Origin: Gammaproteobacteria bacterium
GTDB lineage: Bacteria; Pseudomonadota; Gammaproteobacteria; Natronospirales; REEB76
Length of the DNA stretch: 50,145 nt
Direction: 5' to 3'
NCBI GenBank assembly: GCA_050739495.1
Contig: JBOIBL010000045.1
Location: 1 to 50,145 of the forward strand
In this document: piece by piece, positions 46,470 to 50,145 of the stretch
How the letters are laid out: each line of letters starts with the position of its first letter
Position numbering within the stretch: position 1 is the stretch's first letter
Notes under the pieces: model-generated
What the model was told of the DNA's origin: nothing
What the model saw: the letters and a program-made list of their open reading frames with translations, nothing else
The model's database searches: none
Position numbers and translations under genes: made by a program

Positions 46470-47759
46470 CTAGTTTTGTTCTTTCTTATTTCCCCGTGGT
46501 TCCACGGAACGCGTAATCAACCGCGCACTGCGGTCGCCGGTCGTGTAAATCCATAACCAGCTCAGGGCGACAGCCAGGCGATTGCGCACGCCGATCAGGA
46601 AGTAAATGTGTACGAGTCCCCACATCCACCACGCGAGCCAGCCACGCAGCTTGATCCAACCGAAATCGATGATGGCCGCGCGCTTACCGATAGTGGCGAG
46701 GCTGCCAGCATGCTGGTAACGGAACGCCTGCGGCGCATTATCGCCGCACAATCGTCTCCTGATGGTCTTGGCCACATGCCTACCTTGTTGTTTGGCAGCT
46801 GGTGCGATGCCGGGCACCGGTTGACCGTACCAGGCATTGATGGTCGCGGTGTCGCCAATCACAAAAATGTTCGGATGACCGGGCGCGGTCAAGTCCGGTT
46901 CCACCCTGACGCGGTTGGCACGATCCACCGGCACCTTGAGCCAATTCGCCGCCGCAGACGCCTGCACGCCAGCCGCCCAGAGAATCACGCGCGCCGGTAA
47001 AGTCTGGTCACCAAACACGACGCCCTCTGCAGTACATGAGTTGACCGCGCGGCCCAGTTCGATCTCGACGCCGATGCGGTTGAGCGCCTTGTGCGCATAC
47101 GCCGCGAGATCTCCCGTAAAGCCCGCGAGGATGCGTGGTCCGGCTTCGATCAATATCACCCGCGCCTGGCGAGTATCGATATGGTGGAAGTCCTTGCGCA
47201 GATGTTCATGTGCAAGCTCGGCGATGGTGCCGGCCAGTTCGACGCCGGTCGGACCGCCACCGACGATCACGAAATTCAGCAACGCAGCACGCCGTTCAGG
47301 GTTAGTCTCACGCTCCGCCATCTCCAGCGCGTACAGGATGCGCGCGCGGATCGTGACTGCATCCTCCAGCGTCTTCAAACCCGGCGCGTAAGGTTCCCAT
47401 TCATCATGTCCGAAATACGCATGCCGCGCCCCGGTCGCCAGGATCAGCGTGTCGTAACCAAGCTCGCCGCCGTCTGCGTACAACACCTTGCGGTTCAGGG
47501 TATCCACGCCGGTAACTCTCGCCAACACCGTCGTCACGTCACGCCGCCGATGCAGCAAGTGGCGTATCGGCCAGGCGATCTCCGAACCCGCCAGTGATGC
47601 CGTCGCCGCCTGATACAGCAGCGGTTGGAACAGATGATGGTTGAGCTGGTCTACGATCGTGATACGCACCGGCGCCCTGACGAGGCGATGGGCAGCCTCA
47701 AGGCCGCCAAATCCGGCACCGATGATAACGACGTGATGAGGAGTGGATGGTTCGCTCAC
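46470..47759 (-). CDS. ndh: Type II NADH dehydrogenase (NDH-2)
   Basis: HHVVIIGAGFGGLEAAHRL (first Rossmann motif), a second GGGPTGVELAG motif, and a C-terminal membrane-anchoring helix. The start is placed at the GTG at 47759, 1 nt after the upstream stop. The ORF-track start (47807) would overlap the upstream gene by 47 nt. Confidence 0.85.
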   Translation of the reverse strand: MSEPSTPHHVVIIGAGFGGLEAAHRLVRAPVRITIVDQLNHHLFQPLLYQAATASLAGSEIAWPIRHLLHRRRDVTTVLARVTGVDTLNRKVLYADGGELGYDTLILATGARHAYFGHDEWEPYAPGLKTLEDAVTIRARILYALEMAERETNPERRAALLNFVIVGGGPTGVELAGTIAELAHEHLRKDFHHIDTRQARVILIEAGPRILAGFTGDLAAYAHKALNRIGVEIELGRAVNSCTAEGVVFGDQTLPARVILWAAGVQASAAANWLKVPVDRANRVRVEPDLTAPGHPNIFVIGDTATINAWYGQPVPGIAPAAKQQGRHVAKTIRRRLCGDNAPQAFRYQHAGSLATIGKRAAIIDFGWIKLRGWLAWWMWGLVHIYFLIGVRNRLAVALSWLWIYTTGDRSARLITRSVEPRGNKKEQN

Positions 47760-47760
47760 G

Positions 47761-48516
47761 CTATAGCTCTCGCTCAAGCTGCAACCGGTATGGCGATAAC
47801 TTTTCATAGTGTCGCTGGCACTGTTCGGCCAGCCCGCGCTGAAAGGCGCTCAATTCAATCTTCCGCTCCCGGTACGGCGCAAAGCCGGTGGAGCGCTCGA
47901 CCGTGGCGTACCAGTGCGGGGCCCATACACCATCGCTGGCGCGCGGGCCGCTTGGCCAGCGCAGCATGCGTGAACTGAACGGAATACGCAGATGAGTACA
48001 TAAGGTGCTCAACGTACGCGCGGGATCTTTCAGCACGTCGGTGGCATGAATGACCGGCGGCGCAAACCCGAGCCGGTCGCAGACATGATCGAACAAGCGT
48101 GCCTGCTGCTCGAAGCCGAGTTCCCATGCCGCAGCGTCGGGCCGCTGGATGGTGAACGAAGCGATCACCGCTTCCGGTTCGCGGATCAGGAAGCAATTGC
48201 AGACTTCATCAAGCCAATCCAGTGGCATGTCCGGCAGCATGTGCTGGGTCATGTGTTTCTGGAACCAGATCGACTTGCCATCCGGGATCGGGCCGGTCAG
48301 CATCGCCGCGACTTCTGCCGCGTCGTTGCTCTGCGCTGCGATCACTGCGTCACGTCCGGGATGCGGCGCACCGGTTGCCAACAGGTAGTGCGCGTAGAAC
48401 GGCTCGTCGATAACGACAGTATCTTCGCGGTTTTCCCAGGCGCGCATCATCGCGGTGGAGATATTGCGCGGCCCCGACCACATAGCGATGCGCAAACCAT
48501 CGCGTGGTGCGGTCAT
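47761..48516 (-). CDS. Sulfotransferase-like P-loop protein of unknown function (the family often found next to, or fused with, class IV aminotransferases)
   Basis: IAMWSGPRNISTAMMRAWENREDTVVIDEPFYAHYL is the characteristic N-terminus. Its ATG overlaps the stop of the upstream aminotransferase gene (ATGA). Confidence 0.6.
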   Translation of the reverse strand: MTAPRDGLRIAMWSGPRNISTAMMRAWENREDTVVIDEPFYAHYLLATGAPHPGRDAVIAAQSNDAAEVAAMLTGPIPDGKSIWFQKHMTQHMLPDMPLDWLDEVCNCFLIREPEAVIASFTIQRPDAAAWELGFEQQARLFDHVCDRLGFAPPVIHATDVLKDPARTLSTLCTHLRIPFSSRMLRWPSGPRASDGVWAPHWYATVERSTGFAPYRERKIELSAFQRGLAEQCQRHYEKLSPYRLQLEREL

Positions 48517-49439
48517 ACGCGCGGTTCCAACCGGCTTTCTGTTTTCACCAGTTCCATGTAGAGCTGTTGCAGCCGCTCTACCATCGGGCCGCGCTTGCCC
48601 TTGCCCATGGTGCGGCCATCGATCTCGTTTACCGGCACTACGCCAGCGAAGGTACCGGTGACAAAGGCTTCTTCGGCGCCGTAAACATCAGTGAGACTGA
48701 AGTTCTTTTCGAACACCGGAATGTCGTGCGTGCGGCACAAGCGGATCACGTTGACGCGAGTGATGCCGCCCAGACAGTAATCGCCGGTCGAGGTCCACAC
48801 CTCGCCACGCCGCACGATGAAGAAATGGGTGGAATTGCAGGTCGCCACGAAGCCGTGCGGGTCGAGCATCAGCGCTTCGTCGTAACCCGCCTTCTGCGCC
48901 TGGATGCAGGCGAGAATGCAGTTGAGTTTGGAGTGGCTGTTGAGTTTCGGATCCTGCACGTCGGGTGCGCCGCGTCGCACGTGCACGGTGAACAGGCGAA
49001 CACCCTGCTCGACCGTGGCCGGCAACGGCTGCTTGTATTCCGGAATGATGACGATGGTTGCAGCACCAATCACGAAGCGCGGATCCTGATGCGGCGTGGC
49101 CTTGACGCCGCGCGTCACCATCAGTCGGATGTGCACATCCGACTGCATGCCGTTGGCGCGCAGCGTATCGATGATGCGCTGCGTCAACTGTTCGCGGGTG
49201 AGACCGATATCGAGGTCGATCGCACGTGCGCCCTCGTACAGACGATCCAGATGCTGATCGAGAAACGGCAGGCCGCCGTCATGCAGACGCAAGCCCTCCC
49301 ATACGCCGTCGCCCAGTACGAAGCCGCTGTCGAACACCGACACGCGCGCCTCGTTTCGAGGAAACAGCTTGCCGTTGACGTTGATCCGGATCGCTTCGTT
49401 ACGCGGATCGTTCTGATAATCGTGGGTGCCTTTGCTCAT
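48513..49439 (-). CDS. Class IV (fold type IV) PLP aminotransferase, branched-chain/D-amino-acid aminotransferase-like
   Basis: 308 aa. VSVFDSGFVLGDGVWEGLRL, HLDRLYEGARAI, IRLMVTRG and GGITR are motifs typical of fold type IV enzymes. Confidence 0.8.
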   Translation of the reverse strand: MSKGTHDYQNDPRNEAIRINVNGKLFPRNEARVSVFDSGFVLGDGVWEGLRLHDGGLPFLDQHLDRLYEGARAIDLDIGLTREQLTQRIIDTLRANGMQSDVHIRLMVTRGVKATPHQDPRFVIGAATIVIIPEYKQPLPATVEQGVRLFTVHVRRGAPDVQDPKLNSHSKLNCILACIQAQKAGYDEALMLDPHGFVATCNSTHFFIVRRGEVWTSTGDYCLGGITRVNVIRLCRTHDIPVFEKNFSLTDVYGAEEAFVTGTFAGVVPVNEIDGRTMGKGKRGPMVERLQQLYMELVKTESRLEPRV

Positions 49440-49750
49440 GGGGAATTCCCTGCAAGATCAAGAGACAGCATAACCGTTCTTCCAGGCTGTCGCCTCGTCG
49501 GGGACATCCGCTTCGCCATCCGCTCCGGCCTGGGCGAGGTTTACGCATGAGTCCGTGGCAGGACGCCTAGGGGTATCCCCTAAGCCAGTATCTGCTTTCT
49601 CCTAATGGAGTTTCGCTTCGTTCCCGAGCACAGTACGGATGTGTCTGGATATCTACCGCCGCAGGAGCAGGAAGGCTGAGCAGGGCGTAGCGGCGGAAGG
49701 TTTCTGGTATCGCTTGTAATTTGGTGGTGCAACACAGGAGAATCGCCCAC

Positions 49751-50145
49751 ATGCGTGTCATAGTCATAGACGACTACCAGCCCTTCGTCGCCGTGATAGC
49801 GAACATATTGGGCCGGGAGACCTACATTCAGGTCGTGGGCCAGGCCTACAACGGCGACGATGGCCTGCGTCTTGCAGCGGACCTCAATCCTGATGTCGTG
49901 CTAGTTGATTTCGGCATGCCCGGCATAGACGGCGCCACGGTTACCCGGCGGCTCAAAGCCACCGCGCATCCCCCCAAAGTCGTGGTCATATCCTACTACG
50001 ACGATTCCCTGTACCGGGACGCCGCCTTGACTGCCGGTGCGGATGCTTGCCTCTATAAGGGCGATCTGCTCAAGGGCTTGATACCGCTGCTCAAGCGGGT
50101 CGTCACACCGGTTGAAGTGTCTTCCACTCTGCAACCGCCAGCGTC
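49751..50145 (+). CDS. Response regulator (receiver domain), 3' end beyond the window
   Basis: This ORF is not in the track because it is open at the edge. AGGAGAA followed by ATG at 49751 gives MRVIVIDDYQPFVAVIANIL...PDVVLVDFGMPGIDGATVTRRLK...VVVISYYDD... with no stop to the window end. Confidence 0.75.
   Translation, partial: MRVIVIDDYQPFVAVIANILGRETYIQVVGQAYNGDDGLRLAADLNPDVVLVDFGMPGIDGATVTRRLKATAHPPKVVVISYYDDSLYRDAALTAGADACLYKGDLLKGLIPLLKRVVTPVEVSSTLQPPA

Noticed and set aside
49440-49750. A possible leader or attenuator upstream of the class IV aminotransferase, based on several short hairpins such as CGACAGC...GCTGTC and CCGCCG...CGGCGG.
   Set aside because: The stems are short and widely spaced. 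I see no Leu/Val/Ile-rich leader peptide and no terminator with a U-tract. The region also has to hold the divergent promoter of the response regulator gene at 49751.
1-50145. I looked for CRISPR arrays, IS elements or transposases, integrases, phage genes, toxin-antitoxin pairs, known defence systems, and rRNA or tRNA genes.
   Set aside because: None was found. There are no regularly spaced repeats, no DDE/tyrosine/serine recombinase motifs in any ORF, no terminal inverted repeats flanking the lower-GC blocks, and no conserved RNA gene signatures.

Overview
This is a 50.1 kb GC-rich chromosomal segment, judged by eye at roughly 55-60% GC with several lower-GC patches. It is probably from a Gamma- or Betaproteobacterium, but the taxon is a guess. 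Coding density is high: I support about 43 CDS plus one gene remnant, and two of the CDS are open at the window edges. I found no rRNA, tRNA, CRISPR array, transposase, integrase or phage genes. The content is a mix of envelope and secreted proteins, transporters, metabolism genes and signalling genes. The envelope set includes several lipoproteins, a tricorn-like protease, a BNR/sortilin-like propeller and an FG-GAP propeller with a C-terminal sorting-signal-like tail. The transporters are two MFS proteins, a His-tailed permease and a TMEM175-type channel. The metabolism genes include a desaturase, a PLP decarboxylase, a pirin, NDH-2 and a class IV aminotransferase. The signalling genes are a PilZ protein, an EAL protein, a PAS/GAF hybrid kinase, a sensor-less kinase, a NarL-type regulator and two further receiver proteins.

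The observations I consider most worth following up are:
1. An 11-bp-phased PHO-box array lies in front of a translationally coupled PlcP-like phosphoesterase and SQD2/Agt-like glycosyltransferase pair. This looks like a phosphate-starvation lipid-remodelling module.
2. Two tandem paralogous Cys-containing lipoproteins of unknown function sit directly behind a WCAPC thioredoxin.
3. A signalling cluster that looks lower in GC pairs a sensor-less HisKA kinase with a NarL-type regulator, next to a soluble PAS-PAS-GAF-GAF hybrid kinase and a stand-alone EAL protein.
4. A roughly 270-300 nt structured leader with mutually exclusive helices and a terminator-like hairpin precedes a Cys-rich secreted protein.
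5. A tightly coupled operon encodes a class IV aminotransferase, a sulfotransferase-like protein and NDH-2.

I cannot point to a clear new defence or mobile system. All family assignments come from motif recognition by eye, and no database search or computation was possible.
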